NCBI GenBank assembly: GCA_016218625.1
Contig: JACRDL010000009.1
Location: 1-53,246, forward strand
DNA length: 53,246 nt
Origin: Elusimicrobiota bacterium
GTDB taxonomy: Bacteria > Elusimicrobiota > UBA8919
Reading direction: 5' to 3'
Part shown: in pieces, positions 19,964 to 29,204 of the stretch
How positions within the stretch are numbered: the stretch's first letter is position 1
Layout: each line of letters begins with the position of its first letter
Notes under the pieces: generated by a model
Databases searched by the model: none
The model's input: only the letters and a program-made list of their open reading frames with translations
What the model was told of the DNA's origin: nothing
Program-made: the position numbers and the translations under genes

Positions 19964-21236
19964 CATACTAGTCGGGTTTGCATTTGTGTTCGTTATGCCG
20001 TATTTTATCTGGCGGTATAAACTTGCTGCTTTTGATAAAATGGCTCTCGGCATAAAACAGCGTCTGGGGTTTTATGATATTGAAAAGGGAAAAGATATTT
20101 TAATTCATGCTTCATCTGTCGGCGAGTTGAAAACCATAACGATGTTTATTGAAAAATTGAAAAAAATGTTTCCTGGAAAAAAAATTCTTATATTAACAAT
20201 GACACCATATGGTTATAAATATGTTCTTGACAAAAAAATTGCCGATAAGGTTGTTTTTGCTCCGATTGATGTTCCATTTTGCGTTGAAAAATTATTTTTA
20301 AGGGTTATACCGGAGATGCTTATTCTTGTTGAGAGCGAACTTTGGCCGAATCTGATTTTTTCAGTCGCAAGGAAGGGTGCAAAAATTGTCTCAATTAATG
20401 CAAGGATGTCTGATAAAAGTTTTCGCAGATATTTGTTCGTAAAAGAGTTTATGGCGGAAATTCTGAAAAATATAGATTTTATTTGTGCCCGTGAGGAATC
20501 CGACAGAAATAAATTTATTGCTTTGGGATATGATGAAAAAAAGGTGATAAAAACCGGTAATATGAAATATGATAAAATTGAAACCGTTTCTACAAAAAGA
20601 AGTATAACAAACAAGGATTTCGGTTTTACCGATACCGATTTGATTTTTGTAGCAGGCAGCACCAGAGAGCAGGAAGAAGAAATAGTAATAAATGTTTATA
20701 AAAAATTGGCAGAGGAGTTTTCAAACTTAAAACTGACAATTGCGCCTCGTTATCCGGAAAGGTGCCAAGATGTAGAAAAAATTTTACAAAAAGAAAACAT
20801 ATCGTTTATCCGCAAATCCCAACTCCCCACTCCCCACTCCCTACTTCCCGCTTCCCGCTGCCTTTTGCTTGACACCATCGGAGAACTTACCGATGCCTAT
20901 TCAATAGGAACCATTACTTTCGTCGGCGGGAGTTTGTTTGACGGTGCCGGCGGGCATAATATGTTAGAGCCGGCGGAACTTGGCAAGACAGTTATCTTCG
21001 GTAAATTTGTCAAAAATTTTCAAGAGTCGGCTGAATTATTGATTTTACAAAAAGCAGCATTTCAGGTAAGCGATGAAAAAGAGTTTTGTAATTCCGCCCG
21101 CAGATTACTAATTGATGCAAAATTAAGAGATGAAATGGGAAAACGGGCAAAGGAAGTTGTCGTCAGCCGTCGCGGTGCAACCGATAAGAGCCTAAAAATC
21201 ATTTCGGAGATAATAAAAGATGATGCAAACAGATAA
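19926..21236 (+). CDS. waaA: 3-deoxy-D-manno-octulosonic acid (Kdo) transferase
   Basis: HASSVGE, ESELWPN, GSTRE, APRYPER, GGHNMLEP. Confidence 0.9.
   Translation: MRRFLLSVLLVYNILVGFAFVFVMPYFIWRYKLAAFDKMALGIKQRLGFYDIEKGKDILIHASSVGELKTITMFIEKLKKMFPGKKILILTMTPYGYKYVLDKKIADKVVFAPIDVPFCVEKLFLRVIPEMLILVESELWPNLIFSVARKGAKIVSINARMSDKSFRRYLFVKEFMAEILKNIDFICAREESDRNKFIALGYDEKKVIKTGNMKYDKIETVSTKRSITNKDFGFTDTDLIFVAGSTREQEEEIVINVYKKLAEEFSNLKLTIAPRYPERCQDVEKILQKENISFIRKSQLPTPHSLLPASRCLLLDTIGELTDAYSIGTITFVGGSLFDGAGGHNMLEPAELGKTVIFGKFVKNFQESAELLILQKAAFQVSDEKEFCNSARRLLIDAKLRDEMGKRAKEVVVSRRGATDKSLKIISEIIKDDANR
20817..20858 (+). repeat. 6x7-nt tandem repeat in frame in waaA
   Basis: tcccaac tccccac tccccac tccctac ttcccgc ttcccgc. 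Confidence 0.9.
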
Positions 21237-21302
21237 AGGACTGATGTAGACAGATTAAAAATCTGTTTGAATCTGGCAGTTATCCGTTTGAATCGTTGTT
21301 AA
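21217..21302. repeat. ACAGAT/ATCYGT inverted tandem-repeat element, same family as 30872-31060
   Basis: gatgcaaacagataaa ... atccgtttgaatcgttgttaa at both sites. Confidence 0.85.
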
Positions 21303-21309
21303 GGAAAAA

Positions 21310-22338
21310 ATGCTTAAATTATCAACGGCCATAGGCAGTATGCCTCACAATGACAGGAAAAAAGCAATTGAGATTATTATGAAAAATCTTGCTATCCCTA
21401 TTTGGCCGCAACTTCCTAAAATAAGTTTCAGGGAAAGTATGTATGCACAGTATTCTGAGGGTTTCCCCTGCCTTGAAGTTTCTGAAAAAAACCAAAAAAT
21501 ATTTTTTGATACCAATGGCGATGTGCTTCTATCATTGGAAAAATTCTATGAAAAAATTATTGCTGACGATTTAGAGTATTTTAAGATTTCACAAGATTAT
21601 GCTGCTGGTTTGTATGAATTTATTTCTCAACTTTCCACTTTCCACTTCCCACTTCCCGCTGTTAAAGGGCAGATTACAGGACCAATTACCTTCGGTTTGA
21701 AGGTAACCGATAAAAATAACCGTTCCATATTCTATAACGAGCAATTCACCGATGTCGTGGTTAAAACGCTGACGATGAAAGCCAGATGGCAAATACGGCA
21801 ATTAAAAATTAAAAATGAAAAATTAAAAATTATTATGTTTATTGATGAACCGTATCTGTCTGCTTTTGGCAGCGCTTTTACGCAGGTTTCCCGTGAAGAA
21901 GTAATAAAATATCTTAACGAGGTTTCTGACGGTATTCACAAAGAACATTCACTGTCAGGGGTTCACTGCTGCGGAAATACCGACTGGTCGGTTTTAATGG
22001 ATACGAACATTGACATTATTTCCTTTGATGCTTACAGTTTTTTTGACGGATTAATTCTCTATCCCGAAAAACTGAATAAATTTTTCGAAAGAGGCGGAGT
22101 GTTAGCTTGGGGAATTGTGCCGAGTTCCGAACTAATAAATTCTGAAACGGTGGAATCATTGGCGGAAAATTTCACGGACAAAGTTCAACAACTTATTAAA
22201 AAGGGCATCACCGCCGAAGCGGTTAAAAATAGGTATATAATAACTCCATCCTGCGGCGTTGGCTCTCTATCGGAAGAACTTGCGGAAAAAATTATTGTGA
22301 TGACAAAAGATGTAGCGGAAAGTTTATTAAAAACATAG
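21310..22338 (+). CDS. Core single-barrel MetE-like methionine synthase (MesB-like)
   Basis: IGSMPH, WPQLP, GQITGP, IDEP, HCCG, TPSCG; 342 aa. Confidence 0.75.
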   Translation: MLKLSTAIGSMPHNDRKKAIEIIMKNLAIPIWPQLPKISFRESMYAQYSEGFPCLEVSEKNQKIFFDTNGDVLLSLEKFYEKIIADDLEYFKISQDYAAGLYEFISQLSTFHFPLPAVKGQITGPITFGLKVTDKNNRSIFYNEQFTDVVVKTLTMKARWQIRQLKIKNEKLKIIMFIDEPYLSAFGSAFTQVSREEVIKYLNEVSDGIHKEHSLSGVHCCGNTDWSVLMDTNIDIISFDAYSFFDGLILYPEKLNKFFERGGVLAWGIVPSSELINSETVESLAENFTDKVQQLIKKGITAEAVKNRYIITPSCGVGSLSEELAEKIIVMTKDVAESLLKT

Positions 22339-22354
22339 GAAATTATAAAAGACA

Positions 22355-22433
22355 TACCACGGAGACACGGAAGGACGGAAACACAGAAAAAATTTTTAAT
22401 TCCGTGCTTCCATAATTCAGTGCTTCAGTGGTA
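22355..22433. repeat. CACGGA/TCMGTG inverted tandem-repeat element
   Basis: taccacggagacacggaag.. / ttccgtgcttccataattcagtgcttcagtggta; second copy at 15636-15734. Confidence 0.85.
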
Positions 22434-22469
22434 AGGTTTTGACATTACCGAAGTTTTCTTGGAAAAAAT

Positions 22470-23228
22470 ATGATTATAGCGGTCTCCGGCAAAGGCGGAG
22501 TCGGAAAATCCACGATTTCGTCTTTGATTATAAAACAATTGGTTGAGAGTAAGAAATTCCCTGTTCTTGCGGTGGATGCCGACCCCAATAGTAATCTCGG
22601 ATATTATCTGGGTATTGATTGTCCCGCAGGAATAGCCGTTTCCGATTTGCGAGAGGATGAATTCAAAAAAAATCCGGCGGGAATTTCAAAAGTTGACTGG
22701 CTTAATATAAAAATGCAGGAGTGTATTTTTGAGACGGCCAAAGATTTTGATTTGCTCGTCATGGGGCGTCCCGAAGGTCCCGGTTGTTATTGCGCCGTCA
22801 ACAATCTTTTGAGGGATTTTTTGAAAAAAATCAGCCGGCAGTATCCGTTTGTCGTTATTGATAATGAAGCGGGTATGGAGCATCTCTCCCGTCGGACCAA
22901 TAATGAAATTGATGTGTTGTTTATAGTCGTCGAGCCGACAAATATAAGTTTTTTGGCTGCAGAAAATATAAAAAAAACAGCCCAACAACTGCCGATAAAA
23001 ATCAAAAAAAAATACATAGTTGTAAATAAATACCAGAACGAAAAAGTCAAAAACATTGAAGGTCTTGATATGATCGGTTATATTCGTTATAATAAAAATG
23101 TTTCCGACAATTTTGACCCTGTTAGAGATACCGTGTCACGGTGTGACATCTCTAACAGGGTTGATGCGGATAATTCCGAAATTAAGAATGATATTCAAAA
23201 GATTTTATTGAAATCGGGAATTTTATGA
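22470..23228 (+). CDS. cooC: CooC/AcsF-family nickel-insertion ATPase
   Basis: SGKGGVGKS, DADPN, GRPEGPGCYC, DNEAGMEHLSR. Confidence 0.85.
   Translation: MIIAVSGKGGVGKSTISSLIIKQLVESKKFPVLAVDADPNSNLGYYLGIDCPAGIAVSDLREDEFKKNPAGISKVDWLNIKMQECIFETAKDFDLLVMGRPEGPGCYCAVNNLLRDFLKKISRQYPFVVIDNEAGMEHLSRRTNNEIDVLFIVVEPTNISFLAAENIKKTAQQLPIKIKKKYIVVNKYQNEKVKNIEGLDMIGYIRYNKNVSDNFDPVRDTVSRCDISNRVDADNSEIKNDIQKILLKSGIL
23117..23164. mobile_element. Miniature palindromic insert, in frame in cooC
   Basis: ttga|ccctgttagaga..tctctaacaggg|ttga; 48 nt including one ttga. Confidence 0.8.
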
Positions 23229-23965
23229 GAAATATTTTTATCATTTTTTTATTGCTGATTTTGGCATTGACTGGCTGGTGGGCAAATAAAAACACCGATT
23301 ATCCGTATCCTGCTCCGGTGGATATTGTTACGGAAAAAACAAAGCCAATTGATTTTGTGGGATTTCTATTCGGAATGAGAAGAATAATTGCCGATGTTAT
23401 GTGGGTTCAGACATTACAGTATTATGGAGGCGGCGGTTGGGAAGATAAAGTCAGCGAGGAAAAATATCGGAAATACGAACATGACGAAAAAAGAAAAGGC
23501 GAATATGGAAGATATAAATATCTTCTGGCTATGTGCCGAAGATGCGTTCGCCTTGACCCGTATTTCAAATATGTTTATGCTTTCGGCGGCGCCTCGCTTG
23601 CTTGGAATCTGACCCGGTATGATGAGGGCTTGGAACTCTTAAATGAAGGAATAGAACATAACCCGCAGTTCTATCCGTTCCATTTGTATGCAGCCGCTAT
23701 TATCTATATGAGAGAGGGAAAAGCTGTGGATATGATGAACAAACTTGAACAGGCGGTAAAATATCCCGATTGTCCGTTTGAGGTTAAACTTATCCTTGGC
23801 AATATATATACCAAATACGGCAGGTATGAAGATGCTGCAAACATTTGGGTTGATATTTATTATACGGCGAAACTTGAAGTGAGATCAAAAGGGGCGAAAC
23901 AAAAACTGGAAAAACTTATTGCCGAAAAAAAGTTATCCGAAAAATTCCTGGAAAAAATAAAATAG
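23225..23965 (+). CDS. Membrane-anchored TPR-like hypothetical protein
   Basis: N-terminal TM segment; ADVMW..QYYG, LDPYF, helical repeats. Confidence 0.65.
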   Translation: MRNIFIIFLLLILALTGWWANKNTDYPYPAPVDIVTEKTKPIDFVGFLFGMRRIIADVMWVQTLQYYGGGGWEDKVSEEKYRKYEHDEKRKGEYGRYKYLLAMCRRCVRLDPYFKYVYAFGGASLAWNLTRYDEGLELLNEGIEHNPQFYPFHLYAAAIIYMREGKAVDMMNKLEQAVKYPDCPFEVKLILGNIYTKYGRYEDAANIWVDIYYTAKLEVRSKGAKQKLEKLIAEKKLSEKFLEKIK

Positions 23966-23993
23966 TTGACATTTTTAATTAAAATAGTAAAAT
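23966..23993 (+). promoter_or_regulatory. Sigma70 promoter for tRNA-Lys
   Basis: TTGACA-16-TAAAAT just upstream of the tRNA. Confidence 0.65.
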
Positions 23994-24003
23994 AAAAAAA
24001 CAA

Positions 24004-24076
24004 GGGCCCGTAGCTCAGCTGGTAGAGCACTTGACTTTTAATCAAGTGGTCGTGCGTTCGAATCGCACCGGGCTCA
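24004..24076 (+). tRNA. tRNA-Lys(TTT), CCA not encoded
   Basis: gggcccg/cgggctc acceptor stem, D arm gctcagctggtagagc, anticodon loop ctTTTaa, T loop gttcgaatc. Confidence 0.97.
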
Positions 24077-24120
24077 TTTTAGTTTCATATAACAAATGTT
24101 ATATGTTTCCGACGAGCATA

Positions 24121-25101
24121 ATGTCAAAAAAGTCCACTATCAAATCACTTAATCTCGCCTGCCAAGAAGCATTAAAAATTCCGTTAGATATTGAAAAAGA
24201 TAAATTTGCAATTCTATCTGACCAGCATTTCGGTGATGGAAACCCGCAAAGTGACGATTTTTTAATAAACAGAGGTATCTATATTTCTGCGTTGAAGTAT
24301 TACTTTGAAAATGATTTTACGCTCATAGAAATCGGCGATGTTGAAGAACTCTGGGAATGCGATTTTGAGAAGATAAATTCCTTTTACTCTGATATTTACA
24401 TTCTTGAAAAAAAGTTTTTTGACAGCGGTCGGTTCTACCGAATTTTCGGCAATCACGATATTTTCTGGAAAAATGAAAAATATCTCAAAAAGTTTCTGCC
24501 GGATTACACCGTTTATGAATCAATTCTATTAGGCGGCAAAATTTTTATTACGCACGGCCATCAGGGCGAGTTTATATCGGATAGGTTATGGAAAATAAGC
24601 CGTTGGTTTGTAAGAAACATCTGGAAAAATATTCAGAGAATTTTGCACATACCTTCAAACGATGCGGTAAAAAATTTCAAGGTTCGTGATATAAAAGAGC
24701 AACTTTTTTACAACTGGGCAAAAGAGAGAAAACTTCTGACCGTATTCGGACATACCCACAGGGCCTTTTTTGAATCGCTTTCCAAGATAGACCGGCTGCG
24801 TTTGAAACTCAAGGAAAAATCGGTATCCGACGAAGAAAGAAGGTTAATAGAAAACCAAATCAATCAATCAATAAGAGACAACAGAAACGGGACGAGAGAA
24901 ACTATTCTTGAAGAAACGCCTGTACCCTGCTATTTCAACGATGGTTGCTGCTGTTACAAAAACGGCATTACCGCCATCGAGATTGAAAGCGGGATTATCC
25001 GTCTGGTAAAGTGGCAAAGCAAAAGCAATGAAAAAACAGTTTTTGAGGAGACAGAACTGTCCCCGCTACTAAAAAAGATTTCTGATATAAAAAGTGTTTG
25101 A
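24121..25101 (+). CDS. Calcineurin-like metallophosphoesterase
   Basis: SDQH, GDVEE, GNHD, THGH, GHTH; the longer ORF overlaps the tRNA so start moved (24103 also possible). Confidence 0.85.
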   Translation: MSKKSTIKSLNLACQEALKIPLDIEKDKFAILSDQHFGDGNPQSDDFLINRGIYISALKYYFENDFTLIEIGDVEELWECDFEKINSFYSDIYILEKKFFDSGRFYRIFGNHDIFWKNEKYLKKFLPDYTVYESILLGGKIFITHGHQGEFISDRLWKISRWFVRNIWKNIQRILHIPSNDAVKNFKVRDIKEQLFYNWAKERKLLTVFGHTHRAFFESLSKIDRLRLKLKEKSVSDEERRLIENQINQSIRDNRNGTRETILEETPVPCYFNDGCCCYKNGITAIEIESGIIRLVKWQSKSNEKTVFEETELSPLLKKISDIKSV

Positions 25102-25210
25102 CAATATTTAAATTCCTCATCTCAAAGGAAGCAAAGTTTCAGTTTGCAAATACAAAAGGTGGGGATTTTTATTTGTGTTTTTTTGGATTTTTTGATATAA
25201 TTTATTTATT

Positions 25211-26200
25211 ATGTTTCAGAAAATAAAAAGATTTATTGATAAGTATAAAATGCTTCGAAAAAATGACAGGGTGCTTGTCGGACTTTCCGGTGGACCTGAT
25301 TCCGTTTTTTTAATTGTTTTGCTGAAAAAGTTTGAGCATCTTTACAAAATAAAAATTTCTGTTTGCCATATTGACCATCAATATCGCAAAGAAAGTTGGA
25401 AAGATGCGCAATTCGTAAAAAGATTTTGCGATAATTTGGCTGTTCCGGTTGAAATAGAAAAAATTAAATTAAAAAGATTTTCAGAAAGCAAAGCGAGAGA
25501 CCTGCGATATAAAATTTTTTACGAAGTTGCAAAGAAATTCGGATGTAATAAAATTGCAACCGCTCATACACTCAACGATAACGCCGAGACCGTTTTGATG
25601 TGGATTGCCCGCGGCTGTGGGATAAAAGGGCTTAAAGGGATTCCGCCGGTTCGCGGAAAAATAATTAGACCGATTCTGTGTGTTTCTAAAAATGAAATTA
25701 TTTCATATCTAAAAAGAAACAAAATAAAACACTGTACCGATAACACAAATTTTTCAGAAAAATTTACAAGAAACAAAATCCGCCTGAATATAATTCCTCA
25801 ATTTGAAGAAATAAATCCGAAAGCGGTTCGGCATATTTTTGAGCTTTCCGAGAAATTGAGAAACAGAAAAATTATTGACATCCCCGCAAAAAAATGCTAT
25901 AATAATTTCCTGTTGAAAGAAAAAACTGTTTTTTTTGATGCAGTAAAAATTGACATCAAAAAAATTAAAATAAGAAAGTGGCTTTTCGGCGACAAAATGG
26001 TTCCTTTCGGAATGGATAAATCCAAAAAGTTGCAGGATATTTTTACTGATGAAAAAATTCCGAAAAACATAAGAAAAAAAATCCCTGTTATTTGCGAGGG
26101 AAAAAAAATTATCTGGGTTGCCGGTGTGAAGCGGTCTAACGACGCTAATATAACTGACAACACCGAAGAAATTCTTAAAATGGAATTAAAAAATGCATAA
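25211..26200 (+). CDS. tilS: tRNA(Ile)-lysidine synthetase, shortened
   Basis: SGGPDS, AHTLNDNAET, IIRP, RNKIR, TilS C-terminal domain; tilS-hpt-ftsH synteny. Confidence 0.9.
   Translation: MFQKIKRFIDKYKMLRKNDRVLVGLSGGPDSVFLIVLLKKFEHLYKIKISVCHIDHQYRKESWKDAQFVKRFCDNLAVPVEIEKIKLKRFSESKARDLRYKIFYEVAKKFGCNKIATAHTLNDNAETVLMWIARGCGIKGLKGIPPVRGKIIRPILCVSKNEIISYLKRNKIKHCTDNTNFSEKFTRNKIRLNIIPQFEEINPKAVRHIFELSEKLRNRKIIDIPAKKCYNNFLLKEKTVFFDAVKIDIKKIKIRKWLFGDKMVPFGMDKSKKLQDIFTDEKIPKNIRKKIPVICEGKKIIWVAGVKRSNDANITDNTEEILKMELKNA
25875..25903 (+). promoter_or_regulatory. Perfect sigma70 promoter inside tilS
   Basis: TTGACA-17-TATAAT with TGn extension. Confidence 0.7.
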
Positions 26201-26732
26201 CGATATTTCAGAAATAATATTTACTGATGAGCGGATACAAAAAAGAGTAAAAGAACTTGCCCAAGATATATCAAATGACTACGAGGGCAAACAAATTACG
26301 CTTGTATCAATACTAAAAGGCGCAACTATTTTTTTAGCCGATTTGATGAAAAATCTTTCAATTCCTTTGAGCATTGATTTTATGGCTGTCTCGTCTTACA
26401 AAAACACCCAGTCAAGCGGCGTTGTTCGTATGCTTTTGGACTTACGCGAAACGCCTGAAAACAAAAATCTTCTTATCGTTGAAGACATTATTGACACGGG
26501 TCTTACGGTGGATTATCTCTGTGAAAATTTAAAAACGCGAAATCCAAAATCGCTGAAGATATGCTCGCTTCTTTATAAACCGGCAAGACGAATTAAGGAA
26601 ATAAAAATTGATTATCTGGGTTTTGAAGTGCCCGACAAATTCGTCGTCGGATACGGTATGGACTATAACGAAATTTATAGGAATCTTCCGTACATCGGTG
26701 TCCTTAAACCGGAAGTATATAGAAGAAAATAA
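26193..26732 (+). CDS. hpt: Hypoxanthine phosphoribosyltransferase
   Basis: LIVEDIIDTG, FVVGYGMD. Confidence 0.95.
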   Translation: MHNDISEIIFTDERIQKRVKELAQDISNDYEGKQITLVSILKGATIFLADLMKNLSIPLSIDFMAVSSYKNTQSSGVVRMLLDLRETPENKNLLIVEDIIDTGLTVDYLCENLKTRNPKSLKICSLLYKPARRIKEIKIDYLGFEVPDKFVVGYGMDYNEIYRNLPYIGVLKPEVYRRK

Positions 26733-26750
26733 TATAGAGAGGAAAGTTAA

Positions 26751-28562
26751 ATGAACAAACAGTTAAAAAATGTAGCACTATGGATGTTGATAATCGTGGG
26801 TTTTATTTATCTATGGCAGATTTCGTCAGAAAAAGCAAAAGAGGTTGAACTTACCTATTCGGAGTTCAAGCAGTTTGTAAAAGAAAAAAAGGTTTCAGAT
26901 ATAGTTATTTCACCCGATTTGATTTCAGGTGCTTTAGAAAAAGATGGTAAAAGTTTTAAGTTTAAGGCGGTTCCTGTTGCAGACAACAAACTTGTGGAAG
27001 ATTTAGAAAACAATCAGATAAAATACAAGGGACAGAAAAACCGCGGGTGGTTTATTGAACTTCTCTTAAGTATTGTGCCATGGATATTAATTGCGGCTAT
27101 ATGGTATTTTCTGTTTTTCCGCGGTGCCTCAATGGGCGGCAAACAGATTTTTTCATTTGGAAGGAGTAAAGCCCGCCTTCAGTCGGACAAAAAAACCAAA
27201 ACAACATTTGCCGATGTCGCGGGTGTGGAAGAATCAAAAGAAGAGTTAAAAGAGATAATACAGTTTTTGAAGGACCCCGCTAAATTTCAGAAATTAGGCG
27301 GAAAAATTCCCAAAGGTGTCTTGCTGGTGGGACCTGCTGGCACGGGAAAAACACTCCTTGCGAAAGCGGTCGCAGGTGAGGCAGGGGTTCCGTTTTTTTC
27401 GTCAAGCGGCTCCGAATTCGTCGAAATGTTCGTAGGTGTGGGTGCTTCCCGTGTTCGTGATCTGTTTGATATGGGAAGAAAAAATGCCCCCTGCGTTTTA
27501 TTTATTGATGAAATTGATGCCGTCGGTCGTCACAGAGGAGCAGGTTATGGCGGCGGCCACGACGAACGGGAGCAGACGCTTAATCAATTACTGGTAGAAA
27601 TGGACGGGTTTGAAACAAAAGAGGGTGTTATAATCCTTGCCGCTACAAACCGTCCTGATGTTCTTGATTCCGCACTTCTCCGTTCGGGAAGGTTTGACAG
27701 ACACATTGTTGTCCCGGTTCCGGATATAAAAGGCAGAGAAGAAATTTTACGGGTCCACGCAAAAAATGTAAAATTTTCTCCGTCGGCGGACTTATCCGTT
27801 ATTGCAAAAAGAACGCCCGGTTTTGTAGGTGCGGATTTGGCTAATTTGATAAACGAAGCGGCACTTTTGGCTGCCCGCCGCGATAAAGAGGTCGTTGAAA
27901 TGCCGGAACTTGAAGAAGCGATTGATAGAGTCCAGGCGGGTCCCGAACGGCGTTCCAGAAAAATTTCCGAAAAAGAAAAAAAGATTATAGCATACCATGA
28001 ATCTGGACACGCACTTGTTGCAAAACTTATGCCGAATACGGAGCCGGTTCATAAAATTTCTATAATTCCGAGAGGTATGGCATTGGGTTATACGATTCAA
28101 CTTCCTACTGAGGATAAATATCTGATAACCAAATCGGAGATAATTGCCAAACTGACGGTCTTGCTCGGTGGCCGCGCTGCCGAAAAAATTATTTTTAACG
28201 AAATAACAACAGGTGCGGAAAATGATTTGAAAGTTGCAACATCCATGGTCCAGAATATGATTTGTCTTTACGGTATGTCTGATAAATTGGGTAATGTATC
28301 ATTGCGAAAAAGGGAAGAAGAGGTGTTTTTGGGACGGGATATATTCGCCCATGAAAAACTTTATTCCGAAAAAACGGCACAGCAGATTGATGATGAAACA
28401 AAAAAAATAATTGACGAGGCATTCATTAAAGCGACTGAATTGATAAAAAACAACATTGAAAAACTGAATCGTCTTGCCGAAAAACTTGTTGAAAAAGAAA
28501 TCCTGGAAGGCGATGAACTTGCAAAATTGTTAAACGGTGACACGGAACAGACACGGAAGTAA
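26751..28562 (+). CDS. ftsH: ATP-dependent zinc protease FtsH
   Basis: Two TM segments, [19 protein letters not shown]. Confidence 0.97.
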   Translation: MNKQLKNVALWMLIIVGFIYLWQISSEKAKEVELTYSEFKQFVKEKKVSDIVISPDLISGALEKDGKSFKFKAVPVADNKLVEDLENNQIKYKGQKNRGWFIELLLSIVPWILIAAIWYFLFFRGASMGGKQIFSFGRSKARLQSDKKTKTTFADVAGVEESKEELKEIIQFLKDPAKFQKLGGKIPKGVLLVGPAGTGKTLLAKAVAGEAGVPFFSSSGSEFVEMFVGVGASRVRDLFDMGRKNAPCVLFIDEIDAVGRHRGAGYGGGHDEREQTLNQLLVEMDGFETKEGVIILAATNRPDVLDSALLRSGRFDRHIVVPVPDIKGREEILRVHAKNVKFSPSADLSVIAKRTPGFVGADLANLINEAALLAARRDKEVVEMPELEEAIDRVQAGPERRSRKISEKEKKIIAYHESGHALVAKLMPNTEPVHKISIIPRGMALGYTIQLPTEDKYLITKSEIIAKLTVLLGGRAAEKIIFNEITTGAENDLKVATSMVQNMICLYGMSDKLGNVSLRKREEEVFLGRDIFAHEKLYSEKTAQQIDDETKKIIDEAFIKATELIKNNIEKLNRLAEKLVEKEILEGDELAKLLNGDTEQTRK

Positions 28563-28630
28563 GGAACACAGAACAGACACAGAACAGTTCCGAGTCAGTT
28601 CTGTGTATAAGTTCCGAGTCGGTTCAGTGT
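28539..28630. repeat. ACACRGAAC/GTTCYGWGT inverted tandem-repeat element overlapping the ftsH stop
   Basis: gacacggaacagacacggaa..acacagaacagacacagaac / gttccgagtcagttctgtgt..gttccgagtcggttcagtgt. Confidence 0.8.
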
Positions 28631-28636
28631 ATTCAA

Positions 28637-29200
28637 ATGAACAAAAAACAAATTGAAAAATCAGTAAAAGAGATACTTCTTGCGATCGGCGAAAATCCTG
28701 AAAGGGAAGGACTTAAAAAAACGCCTGAAAGGGTTGCAAGAATGTATGAAGAAATTTTTTCCGGGATGCAGAAAAATCCCGAAAAGGAACTTGAGGTTTA
28801 TTATACCGACGAGGAACACGAAGAAATAGTCCTTGTAAAAGATATTAGTTTTTATTCCGTCTGCGAACACCACCTGCTTCCCTTTTTCGGAAAAGTTCAC
28901 ATAGGATATATTCCCAAAAAAGATAAACTATTGGGCATTTCAAAAATTGCACGGCTTGTTGATGTTATATCTTGTCGGCTACAATTACAGGAGCGAATAA
29001 CAAAACAACTTGCGGATATTATTATGAAAAAAATTTCGCCTTACGGGGTAATGGTTGTAATTGAAGCGGAACATCTCTGTATGACGATGCGCGGCGTAAA
29101 AAAACCGGAAGCAAAAATAGTAACATCCGCCATAAGGGGAATTTTCTCAAAAGATGTCAAAGCAAGAGCGGAAGCACTTTCGTTGATTAAAGGCATCTGA
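28637..29200 (+). CDS. folE: GTP cyclohydrolase I
   Basis: [29 protein letters not shown]. Confidence 0.96.
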   Translation: MNKKQIEKSVKEILLAIGENPEREGLKKTPERVARMYEEIFSGMQKNPEKELEVYYTDEEHEEIVLVKDISFYSVCEHHLLPFFGKVHIGYIPKKDKLLGISKIARLVDVISCRLQLQERITKQLADIIMKKISPYGVMVVIEAEHLCMTMRGVKKPEAKIVTSAIRGIFSKDVKARAEALSLIKGI

Positions 29201-29204
29201 TAAT

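Noticed and set aside
24031-24120. N-terminal extension of the phosphoesterase ORF
   Set aside because: Overlaps tRNA-Lys; ATGs at 24103 and 24121 are more plausible
24077-25210. Integrated island at tRNA-Lys
   Set aside because: No integrase and no repeat of the tRNA 3' end seen downstream
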